Part shown: positions 38,244 to 48,866 of the stretch, one piece after another
Layout of the letters: the number at the start of each line of letters is the position of its first letter
Numbering within the stretch: the stretch's first letter is position 1
DNA from: an uncultured virus (IMG/VR IMGVR_UViG_3300044638_009799)
Taxonomy: Duplodnaviria > Heunggongvirae > Uroviricota > Caudoviricetes
DNA length: 64,000 nucleotides
Reading direction: 5' to 3' (one strand)
IMG/VR virus record: IMGVR_UViG_3300044638_009799
Translations under genes and position numbers: made by a program
The notes under the pieces: generated by a model
What the model was told of the DNA's origin: nothing
The model's database searches: none
The model's input: the letters and a program-made list of their open reading frames with translations, nothing else

Positions 38244-38708
38244 ATGATTGGTTTTAAAAAATTCATAGAAAACGTGAACATATTTCCCGGCGCTATGGTA
38301 ACAAGCAGCGATACCGGGTCACAAGCTGTTTCTACTTTTGGATATACTGGTCGTCCTAATCACTTGCCAGATCTCGACATGGCTATAAATGATGGAGATT
38401 TTTCGATACCTAAAGTTAAAAAAGAAGGAATAATAAAACGCTTGTCCGATAAAACGAAAACAATAGAAGCAGAGCTTGAAGATGGGACCAAATTGTTTTT
38501 CAGCCCCACCCAATACAGGATGATAAGAGGTGAAACACCTTTGGTCCCAAAATACACCAAGCTAAAAGTCGTTTTCCAGCGTTTAGGAAAAGACTTTAGC
38601 TCAAGTTCATCGAATATAGTTGATATAGAAGCGTCATTTATTGGTCCAGATCATCTTCGACCCGTATATAAAATAAAAACTACTAACTACAAAGCAGCAC
38701 AGCTTTAA
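38244..38708 (+). CDS. Hypothetical phage protein
   Basis: Start MIGFKKFIE after TACATA. Confidence 0.5.
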   Translation: MIGFKKFIENVNIFPGAMVTSSDTGSQAVSTFGYTGRPNHLPDLDMAINDGDFSIPKVKKEGIIKRLSDKTKTIEAELEDGTKLFFSPTQYRMIRGETPLVPKYTKLKVVFQRLGKDFSSSSSNIVDIEASFIGPDHLRPVYKIKTTNYKAAQL

Positions 38709-38997
38709 TAGTAACTGGATCTACAAGAACCTTATCACGTTCTGATTCAGGACCATATTCTGGTGCTGGGACAGCGTTGCCTGAAATAACAACACGATCA
38801 CCCACTGCAAAACCATAAGACTTGTTATCAACCTGTGGTCCGATTCCAAGGATAATTGCTTGATACTCAGCACCAGCTCTCTTATTCGTATTATTAAGAA
38901 TAAGCTTAGTGTTTGCCATCTCTTGTGTAGTCAAAAGTTCGATAAGAACTTGGTTACCACATGGTTTGCAGCCAGTTACTTTCTTGATATCGCTCAT
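38683..38997 (-). CDS. groES: GroES/Cpn10-like co-chaperonin
   Basis: KPCGNQVLIE, ILGIGP, VGDRVVI, IKAVL. Confidence 0.7.
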   Translation of the reverse strand: MSDIKKVTGCKPCGNQVLIELLTTQEMANTKLILNNTNKRAGAEYQAIILGIGPQVDNKSYGFAVGDRVVISGNAVPAPEYGPESERDKVLVDPVTIKAVLLCS

Positions 38998-39046
38998 TTT
39001 ATAAATCCTCTTTGTGACAAATAATGTTACACTATTGTAAACTAAA

Positions 39047-39580
39047 TTAGTTTAAAACTTTTGTTTTTTGTGGAGCTAAACGACAAATTAATTTAGATCC
39101 TTCAAATTTAGGATGTAATTCCACTGTAGATAATTCTTTACATTTTTCTAAAACAGAATTAATCTTAACAAATCCCACATCCTTGTGTTGCATCTCTCTT
39201 GATCTAAACTTCATATAAATTTGTACTTTTTTATCTTCTTTTAAAAATTCCAAAATATGTTTGATTTTTGTATCAAGATCATGCTCACCGATGGATGGAG
39301 ATAATCTTATTTCTTTGACACACTGTGTCATTTCCCTTTGTTTCTTCATGTGTTCTTTTTGCTTGACTTTTTGTTCGTACTTATACTTGGAATAATCAAG
39401 AATATGGCATACGGGTGGATGCGCATTAGGAACCATCTCTACCAAATCAAGACCTTGGTCATAAGCTAAATTTCTTGCTTTTTCAGCAGGCATTAAGCCT
39501 AATTGTTCTCCATTTTGAACAACTCTAACTTGAGGAACTCTGATCTGAAAATTAACACGAAAACGATTATTATCTAACAA
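39047..39580 (-). CDS. infC: Translation initiation factor IF-3 (TTG start)
   Basis: VNFQIRVPQVRVV, LDLVEM.PNA.PPVC.ILDYSKYKYE, KEIRLSP.I.EHD, FRSRE. Confidence 0.93.
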   Translation of the reverse strand: MLDNNRFRVNFQIRVPQVRVVQNGEQLGLMPAEKARNLAYDQGLDLVEMVPNAHPPVCHILDYSKYKYEQKVKQKEHMKKQREMTQCVKEIRLSPSIGEHDLDTKIKHILEFLKEDKKVQIYMKFRSREMQHKDVGFVKINSVLEKCKELSTVELHPKFEGSKLICRLAPQKTKVLN

Positions 39581-39581
39581 A

Positions 39582-40412
39582 TTAACACTCCGCAGTTGGG
39601 CTAGCAGTGACTTCTATCACAAAACCTTCCTTGTCGTTAGGGAATCTTCGTGCCCATTCGACACCGACACCTAAATTACAATGATAATCAATTTCATTCT
39701 TAGAAATAATATTGAAATCATCAAGGTTGGCAAGTAAATTCATTTTCAAGACTTTAAACTCAAAATAATATTTACCAACAAAACAAACATCTTCTGGTTT
39801 CCAATCATAAATAAGTGTGCTTTTTTGCAAAACATTTTTAGTTGTAGTCCCATCAATATTTTCTTTGTCATAATAAGTTAGTTCTGAAGAAGCAGAAGCA
39901 TTAAGAAATCTCAAAATTTTTACTGAAGTTCCTTTAGTCCAAGATCTAGCAGTTGTAGAACAAGCTCCTCTTTCCACTTGAATTACTTTGTTGACATCAT
40001 CAAATCCAACTATCAACATGCGTTCAAAGTCTCTCCCACTGGAAATATGCAAAATAGAATTAGGACCAACACTATCATATCCAATATTATCTGCAAACTT
40101 AATATAAATATCACTAGCTGTTATCGCTGTTTTTAATTTGCCAACTGTCCACATTGCCGCTTCAATGATCAAATCATTAACATCATATGGCAAACCATTA
40201 CAGTCTGTAATATCAACTTTAAAAGGAGGGTAATTGCTATGTTGTTTAACAACATGAATTGGAATTTCTGCGATTGCTGTATTGCAACCGCAACTAGTTG
40301 ATGTTAAAGAGCTAGAAAGATATCTACAATTAACCATTTTTATTCCTATTTTTTTTACGCCTTGGTTTACGTTTTGGCTTGTGTTCTCCGTCAGTTGTGC
40401 CGAAAATATCAA
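39582..40412 (-). CDS. Putative virion/baseplate-associated protein
   Basis: Beta-rich; VERG..T.A..W, YDW...D...G.Y.FEF pattern; start uncertain. Confidence 0.45.
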   Translation of the reverse strand: MIFSAQLTENTSQNVNQGVKKIGIKMVNCRYLSSSLTSTSCGCNTAIAEIPIHVVKQHSNYPPFKVDITDCNGLPYDVNDLIIEAAMWTVGKLKTAITASDIYIKFADNIGYDSVGPNSILHISSGRDFERMLIVGFDDVNKVIQVERGACSTTARSWTKGTSVKILRFLNASASSELTYYDKENIDGTTTKNVLQKSTLIYDWKPEDVCFVGKYYFEFKVLKMNLLANLDDFNIISKNEIDYHCNLGVGVEWARRFPNDKEGFVIEVTASPTAEC

Positions 40413-40563
40413 CTAATTTGTTCATAATATCTGGTGGAGGTGTACTATGGGACATAAAATCTGCTCTAAGAGGATAAGTTCCCATCCTTCCCCAACCAAG
40501 TCTTTGGGCAGTAAGAGGAGATCTTTCATTCATTATTAGCCAATCAGAATACTTAGTTAGCAT
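40330..40563 (-). CDS. Small basic phage protein
   Basis: MLTKYSDWLIMNE start; Lys/Arg-rich tail. Confidence 0.45.
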   Translation of the reverse strand: MLTKYSDWLIMNERSPLTAQRLGWGRMGTYPLRADFMSHSTPPPDIMNKLVDIFGTTDGEHKPKRKPRRKKNRNKNG

Positions 40564-40894
40564 TTTGTCTCCCTGAATATTTAATTTTAATTCTGCCTTG
40601 ATCTAATTCACGCAGAACATAAAAATCAAAGTCTTTCTTTGCTTTAGTATATATGTCGATCAGACTCTTAAATTTAAAATACTGTTTACATAAAAATGAA
40701 GCAGATACTTTGTAACCAGTATGATCTTGAAAATAATAAATATTATTCTCACCCATAACGTAAAAATACTCCATTGCTAACCTTTGTTCTTTCCTTCTGA
40801 AATATTTATAAAGGAAAGAATGCTCTTTAGCAGGCTTTTTAGTGACAAATTCCGAATTCAACCATAAAAGATTATACTCTTCAAATGTTGCCAT
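40553..40894 (-). CDS. Hypothetical protein
   Basis: ORF track. Confidence 0.5.
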   Translation of the reverse strand: MATFEEYNLLWLNSEFVTKKPAKEHSFLYKYFRRKEQRLAMEYFYVMGENNIYYFQDHTGYKVSASFLCKQYFKFKSLIDIYTKAKKDFDFYVLRELDQGRIKIKYSGRQNAN

Positions 40895-40912
40895 ATAATA
40901 TATCTATACCGC

Positions 40913-41323
40913 CTATAATGGAAAATAAATAAACTTAACTATTAGTAATAAAAATCCACACACAAATTTTTTTGGTATGCGTTTATCATGAAGATAATTC
41001 AATAATTCAATAATTTTAAGCACATCTGGTGATGGGATCGATTCATGGTCATCTTTAAAATAAATTGATTCTTGACTTTTAACATGTTTGTTAAGTAACT
41101 TGTAAACCACATCCATCGAATTTTCTATATTGCATTTTTCTATTATTTTTTTATAAGATAATTCGTATTTTACTCTTCCTGCCAAAGCCATACCGTTAAT
41201 ATCAGACAAATCAGAAAAAACTCTATCAAACATATTCTCTATATAATTTCCGTAATAATAAAATTCAACATTATCATCAACATGAGACCCAATAACATCA
41301 ATCTCGTCAAGACGGTGCATCAT
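40913..41323 (-). CDS. Hypothetical protein
   Basis: ORF track; SD GGAG; own promoter. Confidence 0.5.
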   Translation of the reverse strand: MMHRLDEIDVIGSHVDDNVEFYYYGNYIENMFDRVFSDLSDINGMALAGRVKYELSYKKIIEKCNIENSMDVVYKLLNKHVKSQESIYFKDDHESIPSPDVLKIIELLNYLHDKRIPKKFVCGFLLLIVKFIYFPL

Positions 41324-41355
41324 GCCAAAACTCCATTCTTAAACAACAAACGAAC

Positions 41356-41406
41356 TGGTGCAATCCTTGCACCAAAAACTATACTATAAAGAAATACACA
41401 AGTCAA
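41356..41406 (-). promoter_or_regulatory. sigma70 promoter followed by a GGA-loop hairpin
   Basis: TTGACT-17nt-TATAGT, then TGGTGCAA-GGA-TTGCACCA. Confidence 0.6.
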
Positions 41407-41657
41407 GCATTTTTTGAGTCATAACCAACATTCAAATGAATAAAAATTGGATACCCTTTACAATTATCGCCTATAGGAATTTTTAATCCGATATTTATGC
41501 CTTCTTCTGTTTCTTCATCTATTTCTTTTTTAAATTGTGATTTTTTAAGACAATGATAATCTGTACCATGACCATCTTGAGATAAATATCGACAACATTT
41601 ACCATCTGGATCTGTCGCTAAACAAACATCATACACTTGACTTAAAGTTAATGGCAT
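41403..41657 (-). CDS. Small Cys-rich protein
   Basis: VC..CCRYL..CLK..DNC.GY. Confidence 0.5.
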   Translation of the reverse strand: MPLTLSQVYDVCLATDPDGKCCRYLSQDGHGTDYHCLKKSQFKKEIDEETEEGINIGLKIPIGDNCKGYPIFIHLNVGYDSKNA

Positions 41658-41666
41658 CGTTATTAC

Positions 41667-41987
41667 CTACTCGTCAAGATGATCATAAGCTGAAGGTTTT
41701 GACCAAGGACCGTCTGGTTTCTCTTTTTGTAACTGATCATATAAAGATTCAATAATATAATCTGCTTTTTGTTTAAACCATTCTCTCATGTACAATTTGT
41801 CACCACGCTTGTCCTTTGGAACATCTAGGACAATTCTTACAATTTCTTTATCATCAGTAAAATAATCATTAACGAACTTCTTGATATAGTCAGACGCTTT
41901 CTGACCTTTTGCGGAAGCAACATTACTGATTCGAACATGCAAAGATTCTAAAACACCAAAGGTGATTATTTTTTGTTTTTCGGACAT
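41667..41987 (-). CDS. Possible ribbon-helix-helix DNA-binding protein
   Basis: KIITFGV-helix-G..ASDYI pattern. Confidence 0.4.
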   Translation of the reverse strand: MSEKQKIITFGVLESLHVRISNVASAKGQKASDYIKKFVNDYFTDDKEIVRIVLDVPKDKRGDKLYMREWFKQKADYIIESLYDQLQKEKPDGPWSKPSAYDHLDE

Positions 41988-42241
41988 GGCTTTTCTTTCT
42001 TCTTTACAGGAAAACTTTCACGCATTTGGCTCTTGAGAATTGTTGCTTCCTTCTCTCTTGCCTTGCGCCTCTTCTTCTCAGCAGGACTTTCATACGTTTC
42101 TCTAAGCCTGTATTCTCTGAGAATACCAGCTTTATTAACAGCTTGCCTAAAAGCACTCAAAAGTGACTTAAATGACTTTTCTCTGTTATCGTCATAACCA
42201 TTGTCTCTTGAGACAACACGAACATTAGCTTTGCGTGACAT
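41966..42241 (-). CDS. rpsU: Ribosomal protein bS21 homolog
   Basis: SFKSLLSAFRQAVNKAGILREYRLRETYESPAEKKRRK. Confidence 0.8.
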   Translation of the reverse strand: MSRKANVRVVSRDNGYDDNREKSFKSLLSAFRQAVNKAGILREYRLRETYESPAEKKRRKAREKEATILKSQMRESFPVKKKEKPCPKNKK

Positions 42242-42242
42242 T

Positions 42243-43388
42243 TTAATCCCCAATCACTTTCTTATTCAAACCAATAAATTTAGGTTGTAACTTTTTTATC
42301 TTTTCAATTGTTGCTGCATTGAGATCAATGTTGTACTTCAAACTATTAACATTAATCTTATTAATACCAGCTTCTTCAATTTGATACACTAACTTATCTA
42401 TGAAAAACAATTTTTTATCAATAAGATTGTAATTTAATTCAAAAAAAGAAAACAATTTACGATCAATAATGTTATCGTTCATGCAAATTTCAATATCTTT
42501 GTAATTAGAAGCTGCATACATATTTCTTTCCATAACTGTAACACTTGGACAACCACAATAAATTGATAAAAAACTTAACCCAGTAAACAAATCAACATAC
42601 ATCTTTGAAGCAAGCATGTATGCCATTACTAAAAACCAATCATCCTCTTGTATGAAAACAACATTAGGATTATTGACAAAATTATTAGAGACATCAAATG
42701 TTAAATAATTCTTCAAAACTATACACTTAACATTTTTTTTCAACAAAGATTCTATACAGTTGACATAAAATGTCGAAGATAACTTGTAATTATTTACTTT
42801 CCCTAACATCCATTGCCGCAAGAACTTAAATGGAATTAAAAATGTCTTTTTTTCTCCCAACTCATCTATTTTACTCAAAATACTTTGATTTAAATAATTC
42901 AAATTGGGAATTTTATTTTTAACTATTTCAACACTTTTATTCTTAATATTATCTCGTTTGAATCCAAAATGGAATTGATTAGAGAATTTTGCTGGATCAA
43001 CAACATTCCTAAAATATTCATTTAAACTTCTGTATATGACATTGAGCATTTCTGATTTATTGATAAAGCCTTCACTTTTTTCATAAAAACGATCAACATT
43101 TTCGTTTCCTTTAAAAGCCCAAACTTCATCTGCTTCTGAAAAGAATTTTGAGAATCCTTTCCAAGTCACAATTATGATATATTTGTCTTTTAAATTAATA
43201 TCATTTCTTATAGTTGGAAATATGTAGTTCGCAAAAACAACAATATGACTAATATCGCCGAATATTGGTATGACGATAATTTTTTGCATATTGTCAGGAA
43301 CATTATTGGAGTCAAACTTTTCTCTAATAAGATCGCCTCTAGATGCAGCTAATTGTAATATTTCTTTGATATCTGATTGAGTTACCAT
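42243..43388 (-). CDS. Hypothetical protein, possibly GT-B (GT9-like)
   Basis: IFGDISH..ADEVW..TGLSFLSIYCGCPSV. Confidence 0.4.
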   Translation of the reverse strand: MVTQSDIKEILQLAASRGDLIREKFDSNNVPDNMQKIIVIPIFGDISHIVVFANYIFPTIRNDINLKDKYIIIVTWKGFSKFFSEADEVWAFKGNENVDRFYEKSEGFINKSEMLNVIYRSLNEYFRNVVDPAKFSNQFHFGFKRDNIKNKSVEIVKNKIPNLNYLNQSILSKIDELGEKKTFLIPFKFLRQWMLGKVNNYKLSSTFYVNCIESLLKKNVKCIVLKNYLTFDVSNNFVNNPNVVFIQEDDWFLVMAYMLASKMYVDLFTGLSFLSIYCGCPSVTVMERNMYAASNYKDIEICMNDNIIDRKLFSFFELNYNLIDKKLFFIDKLVYQIEEAGINKINVNSLKYNIDLNAATIEKIKKLQPKFIGLNKKVIGD

Positions 43389-44590
43389 AATCTTTTAATA
43401 CTACCTTCTTGAAGAGATGACGCATAACCATTTGGTCTTAAAAATAAATCATCAGCATTTTTTTCAACAATCAATTCATGAACTGCTCTTTTTGTCAACT
43501 CTACTGACTCATCTGTATTTTCATCAACATCAGCAAAATTAGCCAAAACAAGCTTTTTATTATTATAGTTTTTTGTCATTAAAGATAATCGTATCCCCTC
43601 TTGTCCTCTTCCATATATTTGATCAACTGATTCAAACAAAACAAAAGGCTTGTCAAGCATACTGCTAATTCGTGTTGATGCTGTAAAAAACTGCAATGAA
43701 AATACACAACGATTAACAATTGCAAATGCTGCTTCAAGATTTCCTGCCAACTTGTGATTCATAAAATTAATTATTTTTGTATTATCTAAATTATATGACG
43801 AAACATTCTCTCCTAGTAATACAATATTATATCCTAAAGAAGATAACATATCTATAATTTTGTTATAATGATTTGTTGAAAGATTTCTTTTATATGTCTT
43901 CCTGTTTCTTGCAAATAAAGCCACTGTGTTTTCTGGAATATATTCATTGGCAAAATCTAAAAATTCTTTTCTTATTGGAGGTAATAGATTAGAACCAAGT
44001 TTGTAAGATTTTGCGCCTTGAAGTAATGAATTAAATATTTTATCTGTATGGCACTTTGGGCAACAAATGTCTCCTCTATCCACTTCAAACTCAAAATCGC
44101 ATTTCTGACACTTAGCAGTAACGCATAACTTACCTATCTTTGTTCCATCTATAATTTTACCCAAAGGCGACAATCTTTTAGCAAGATTCCTGATTTCTAA
44201 TGAAGCGTTTTCAAAAGCATACGAATGATCTTTAAGAGACATGTATTGAGAATCTAATTCCCAATATTCATCGCAAATATTACGATAAAAATATTCCCTG
44301 TCATGCCAACCAACAACTATTTTTCTATATTCCTGAAAATTACTATTAACTCTAGGAATCAAAAATGTTGGAAGCATGGTTTCACAACCAAATTCTCCAA
44401 ATGAAAAATAAAATATTTTACCTTGAATATCTTTTTCTTCGTTAAATATATGTTTATTAAATGATATCTCTTGAAACAAAACTTTGCGATTTTGATTTGG
44501 TTTAAATAGTTTAGGGAGCACTTTTTTTAATCCGTAACATCTTTGCTGCACGACCACATTTCGGACATTTAAACTGACGAGGTGTTCCAC
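43382..44590 (-). CDS. Hypothetical GT-B-like protein with zinc-ribbon insert
   Basis: FGEFG, CQKC/CPKC, RNL, IVLLG, KPFV; start uncertain. Confidence 0.45.
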   Translation of the reverse strand: MEHLVSLNVRNVVVQQRCYGLKKVLPKLFKPNQNRKVLFQEISFNKHIFNEEKDIQGKIFYFSFGEFGCETMLPTFLIPRVNSNFQEYRKIVVGWHDREYFYRNICDEYWELDSQYMSLKDHSYAFENASLEIRNLAKRLSPLGKIIDGTKIGKLCVTAKCQKCDFEFEVDRGDICCPKCHTDKIFNSLLQGAKSYKLGSNLLPPIRKEFLDFANEYIPENTVALFARNRKTYKRNLSTNHYNKIIDMLSSLGYNIVLLGENVSSYNLDNTKIINFMNHKLAGNLEAAFAIVNRCVFSLQFFTASTRISSMLDKPFVLFESVDQIYGRGQEGIRLSLMTKNYNNKKLVLANFADVDENTDESVELTKRAVHELIVEKNADDLFLRPNGYASSLQEGSIKRLW

Positions 44591-44750
44591 AATTCATGCA
44601 TGTTCTAGGAATTTCAGTCAAATGAGTTAAGTCAGATGTAATACCAGTGGAAGTTTCCGCCCACCGGCACTTAAGACAACGAATCATGAAATTTTTAGGT
44701 ACGTCATGCATAATAATGATTAGTCTTGTAATCGCCAGCAAACTTATCAC
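44511..44750 (-). CDS. Zinc-finger protein
   Basis: CLKC, CMNC, CPKC. Confidence 0.55.
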   Translation of the reverse strand: MISLLAITRLIIIMHDVPKNFMIRCLKCRWAETSTGITSDLTHLTEIPRTCMNCGTPRQFKCPKCGRAAKMLRIKKSAP

Positions 44751-45441
44751 TTAAATTAGCGATGTCACCTTTTAATTTATCAAACTTTTTACCCATTTTT
44801 TTATACTTCAATTCATCAAGACCATCTGGCTTACTCATGCTAGACTCAAGATCATGAAGCTTCTTTTTAAGATCTTCTAACTTTCTCATGTTCGGGTCTT
44901 CAGTCCAACCAGCAGAAACCTTGACCTTGCCACTGTTATCTGATCCATCTCTACCATAAGTATGAGAATCAACCTTATTAGGAAGATTCGCTAGCTTCTT
45001 GACCTTAGAAACTAAATTGGTGTCCTTGGAATATGGTTTCTCTAAACTTGCTTGCATGTCCACATAACTAAAAGAATCAGGATTAAGCAAATCAAAAGGC
45101 TTTTTATTTGGTTTGTTTTCTTTGAAAGCTGACTTTTTAGCAGTAGATTTCTTACCTACTTTTTTTTTACGAGATCTCTTGGCTGCTTCATTTAAAAGAC
45201 TGCCATCTCCATCTTCTGTAGAATAATTCAACTTGTGCTTAAAAATTCTATCCCAGTCTTTTTGATAAGAAGAACTGGTATAATCGAACGATTCTTTAAG
45301 TGTGCAATATGCCTTGTTTTCAACAATTTTTTTAGATTTTACAGAATCTTTTCTCTTTGATTCTTCCCATGTATCACAAAGATCTTTAATAAATTTCTTT
45401 TGTTTTTCCCATTCTGACATCTCAGACATATCGACCTCCAT
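44704..45441 (-). CDS. Basic hypothetical phage protein
   Basis: ORF track. Confidence 0.5.
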   Translation of the reverse strand: MEVDMSEMSEWEKQKKFIKDLCDTWEESKRKDSVKSKKIVENKAYCTLKESFDYTSSSYQKDWDRIFKHKLNYSTEDGDGSLLNEAAKRSRKKKVGKKSTAKKSAFKENKPNKKPFDLLNPDSFSYVDMQASLEKPYSKDTNLVSKVKKLANLPNKVDSHTYGRDGSDNSGKVKVSAGWTEDPNMRKLEDLKKKLHDLESSMSKPDGLDELKYKKMGKKFDKLKGDIANLSDKFAGDYKTNHYYA

Positions 45442-45458
45442 CAGCTATATATTGCTTG

Positions 45459-45998
45459 CTATTTATTTTTCAACAGCTTTTTGCAATCTTCTGCACTCTT
45501 ATTGTTAAACTCTTTATACCAAGAATTTTTTTTTCCATAGTATCTAGTATATCCAGAGAAGAAAAGATCAAAAGCATTAATTGTTTTTTTTAAATAAAAT
45601 GATTTTTCTAACATTTTGATTAAATTTAAATTTTTAATAATTCTTAATGCAGACCTAATTAGCAAAGTCAGCAAACTAAATTTTATTTTAGTTTTCCAAA
45701 ATTTGCTAAGTTTTACAAAATAAATATTTTTTCTTTGAGTAATGAAAATTTTTGATTTGTTGTCAATGTTTAATTGATTTTCAATAAAATCGAAAAATTT
45801 TATAATTCTGTTCTTTTTATATGATGGCACACAAATTAAAAGATTTTTAGTTATTGGAAAATCTTCATGAAAAATTTCCCGACACTTATAAAATTGTTCT
45901 GCTACAAAAAAACCATTTCTCTTTGTTAACGCCACGCTAAAACTATTAGATATTTCTTTGTAAGGCAGTAAAATTCGAACTATTTTTTCCAAACTCAT
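45459..45998 (-). CDS. Hypothetical protein
   Basis: ORF track. Confidence 0.45.
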   Translation of the reverse strand: MSLEKIVRILLPYKEISNSFSVALTKRNGFFVAEQFYKCREIFHEDFPITKNLLICVPSYKKNRIIKFFDFIENQLNIDNKSKIFITQRKNIYFVKLSKFWKTKIKFSLLTLLIRSALRIIKNLNLIKMLEKSFYLKKTINAFDLFFSGYTRYYGKKNSWYKEFNNKSAEDCKKLLKNK

Positions 45999-46383
45999 CT
46001 GAAATCACCATCCAACGCCTATCATTCATAGGAACATATTTATCTTTTGTGTAAAAAAACATTTGCAATATGAAAGGATATTCTTTAATAATTATGCTTT
46101 CTTTGGTCATTCCATCCATATAATCCTTTATAATATTTTTACATAATTTAATGCCTTCGGGATGAGGAGCATAGGCAAATTTAAACAACTTTCCTAAACA
46201 TTTGCTAATACCGTTAAAATTATAAAACAAAAGGTCAATTATTTCTTCCTTTAATTTTCCTTTTGAAAAAACAGCTGAAGAAGAAAACATTACAATAATA
46301 TCATTCTTCTGCTTTTTGCTATTTCTAGTGTTTCTAAAGTATTTATCAAAATTACTTTCATCAATAATTAAATTGTCTTCCAT
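45946..46383 (-). CDS. Hypothetical protein
   Basis: ORF track. Confidence 0.5.
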   Translation of the reverse strand: MEDNLIIDESNFDKYFRNTRNSKKQKNDIIVMFSSSAVFSKGKLKEEIIDLLFYNFNGISKCLGKLFKFAYAPHPEGIKLCKNIIKDYMDGMTKESIIIKEYPFILQMFFYTKDKYVPMNDRRWMVISDEFGKNSSNFTALQRNI

Positions 46384-46391
46384 AGAATGAA

Positions 46392-48860
46392 TTAGTTCAT
46401 CAAAACAATTCTATAATCCATTTCAGCAGATGGAAGCAAATATCTCTTGTGTTTGGGAGGAGAATTTAAACTATATGTAGAAAAACCATTAGAAGGTGGC
46501 TTGACCTGCATCGATAAACAATTGTTAACATTCAACAAATTCTTAAACACAGCATAATCATCTTCCCAAACATTAATCTTCTCTATTCTAAAACTACTGT
46601 CCATAGCCGTTATCTGACAATAAGGTTTATTTGACTTGGAAAGCTTTTTGTTAACTTCTAATAATTCTATTTGAACCATATGCTTAGTGGCACCTAACGC
46701 ATGAGAATTAACCACAGAATCAAATGTGCAATTTTCATTATACATTTTCATGAGATTAAGCCTACAAGTAAACTGAAATCCATAATGCTTTCTCTCAGCA
46801 AGGTAAATATCATTCAATTCTGATAATAAATCTTCATCTTCAATGACAATATCATCATCGTCAAAATCTTCATAAGAAATTTCAATCTTTGCTTCTTCTT
46901 TGCTTTCCATTCTCTTCCATTTTTTATACAATTTATTCACATCACTTGAATCGTTAATTGATTTGAGAACACCAAACAACTCTTCCGATAAATCTAAATT
47001 CCAATACTTCTCTGGAATCAATGACAAAACAGTCTTTTTTAATTCAATATATGATCTGTTTACCCTCTTGTTCTTTTCAGTAACTTTTTTGTTTTTATTT
47101 AAAAAAGACTGCCAATAACTGTAAAACTTGATGGTCTCATCACCAAAAACCCGTAAAGGAATTAACGCCTTCAACACACTCGCATCTGTACCAAATCTCC
47201 TCAAAAAATCATCAACATCCTTGTATGGCTGAAGAGAAACAATTTTATTTGCTGTGTCTGTTCCAATTCCCTTAATATTACCAAAACCAATATAAATAAC
47301 ACCATCTTGTATGGAAAAACTAGCCTTGCTCTTGTTCAAATCTACAGCTCTAACCTCAATACCATGCTTTTGAGCATCTGTAATGTAAATTCTTTTCTTC
47401 TCTTCACTTCCCTCTAACATCAATAAGGCTGCATAAAACTCAAGCGGATAATGTGTCTTTAAATATAATTGGCGTGATGAGACGTAAGTATAAGCTGTGG
47501 CATGACTTAGATTGAATCCGTAGGCAGCGAATGCCTCAATTTCAGAGAAAATTTGTGTTACTTCTTCTCTCTTGGCATCAAGTACATGAACGCCATTTTC
47601 AATAAATTGTTCTTTGTATTTTACGAAACTGCTAATTTTCTTTTTTGAAATAGCTTTTCTGATTGTTTCGCAATCTTTGAGAGGAATCTTGCCAACTACG
47701 TTAAGAATCCTCATAACCTGTTCTTGGTAAACAATAATTCCATATGTAGAAGAAAGGATTGGTGCAAGAGCAGGATGAAGGACATATTCTTCTTGTTTTC
47801 TTTTTCTTCTGATGAATACTTTATCCATTTCTGCGTTGAGAGGACCGGGACGATATAAACTGACGATTGCTACTAAGTCATCAAAACTATCGATCCCAGA
47901 GGATTTTACGACCTCTCTAATGCCATTGCTATCATACTGGAACACACCAATAAGATCTGCATCATTAGCATTTGCTATTGATTTTGTATCATTAAGATAA
48001 GACGTATCATCCCAATCTTCATTTTTACCTGAAATAAATGTTACATTATGTCTTTCCTTAACCATCTTTGCAGTATAAGCCATCTGCTCCAAAGCACTGA
48101 TAACCAACAAATCAAATTTTACAAGACCAAGCGGTCCAAGCTCTTGTGTTGCTAATCCTTCAACAAATTGTGATACTAAGTAATCGCCACCAGTAGTCTT
48201 CATCAAAGGAACAAATTTATTGATTTCATCCCTGCATATAATAACACCGCCAGCATGTTTACCTGTGTTTCTCACTCTATGAAGCAATTTCTGAACCGCT
48301 AATGCTAATTCTGGATATTTTTCTAGATATGATTTAAGTTCAGGATATGTTTCAACAGCTTCCTCGTAAGTTAATTCATCACCATCTTCATCTTTCATCC
48401 TTAAATTTGTCGTAATATTTAATACTTCATTTCTATCCAATCCATAAATTCTTGCCATGTCAATCATGGCACTCTTAAGAGCATATCTACCATATGTTCC
48501 AATAGAGCAAGTATTTACAGCTTTATATTCATTAGGAGCATATATGTTTTTAAGATAATCTCTAACATCTGCTATAAAGTCAATATCAACGTCTGGAAAT
48601 TCATTTGTTTTTGTTTTGGGCATTTCGTTTATGTTAAATTCATCACATATTCCAAGAAGAACTGGAACAAGGAGGTTGTTTTCATTTGGTAATTTCTTTT
48701 TTTGCCTTACGAGGTCAATAAAATAATCACAACAATTTTGTGTTTCTATTTCAATTAATTCATATCTGAGCCGGAATTTGTGTTCCGGGTCATTGCAAAA
48801 AGGAAATTTGTTAAACTGATTATTGATCAGTTTGGTAAAACTTTCAATTGTAATGCTCAT
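46392..48860 (-). CDS. dnaE: DNA polymerase III alpha (DnaE), C-terminal catalytic part
   Basis: PDVDIDF, GKHAGG, GLVKFDLL, GVFQ, LYRPGP, YQEQVM, YGFNLSHA, IKGIG, OB fold. Confidence 0.93.
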   Translation of the reverse strand: MSITIESFTKLINNQFNKFPFCNDPEHKFRLRYELIEIETQNCCDYFIDLVRQKKKLPNENNLLVPVLLGICDEFNINEMPKTKTNEFPDVDIDFIADVRDYLKNIYAPNEYKAVNTCSIGTYGRYALKSAMIDMARIYGLDRNEVLNITTNLRMKDEDGDELTYEEAVETYPELKSYLEKYPELALAVQKLLHRVRNTGKHAGGVIICRDEINKFVPLMKTTGGDYLVSQFVEGLATQELGPLGLVKFDLLVISALEQMAYTAKMVKERHNVTFISGKNEDWDDTSYLNDTKSIANANDADLIGVFQYDSNGIREVVKSSGIDSFDDLVAIVSLYRPGPLNAEMDKVFIRRKRKQEEYVLHPALAPILSSTYGIIVYQEQVMRILNVVGKIPLKDCETIRKAISKKKISSFVKYKEQFIENGVHVLDAKREEVTQIFSEIEAFAAYGFNLSHATAYTYVSSRQLYLKTHYPLEFYAALLMLEGSEEKKRIYITDAQKHGIEVRAVDLNKSKASFSIQDGVIYIGFGNIKGIGTDTANKIVSLQPYKDVDDFLRRFGTDASVLKALIPLRVFGDETIKFYSYWQSFLNKNKKVTEKNKRVNRSYIELKKTVLSLIPEKYWNLDLSEELFGVLKSINDSSDVNKLYKKWKRMESKEEAKIEISYEDFDDDDIVIEDEDLLSELNDIYLAERKHYGFQFTCRLNLMKMYNENCTFDSVVNSHALGATKHMVQIELLEVNKKLSKSNKPYCQITAMDSSFRIEKINVWEDDYAVFKNLLNVNNCLSMQVKPPSNGFSTYSLNSPPKHKRYLLPSAEMDYRIVLMN

Positions 48861-48866
48861 ACGATG

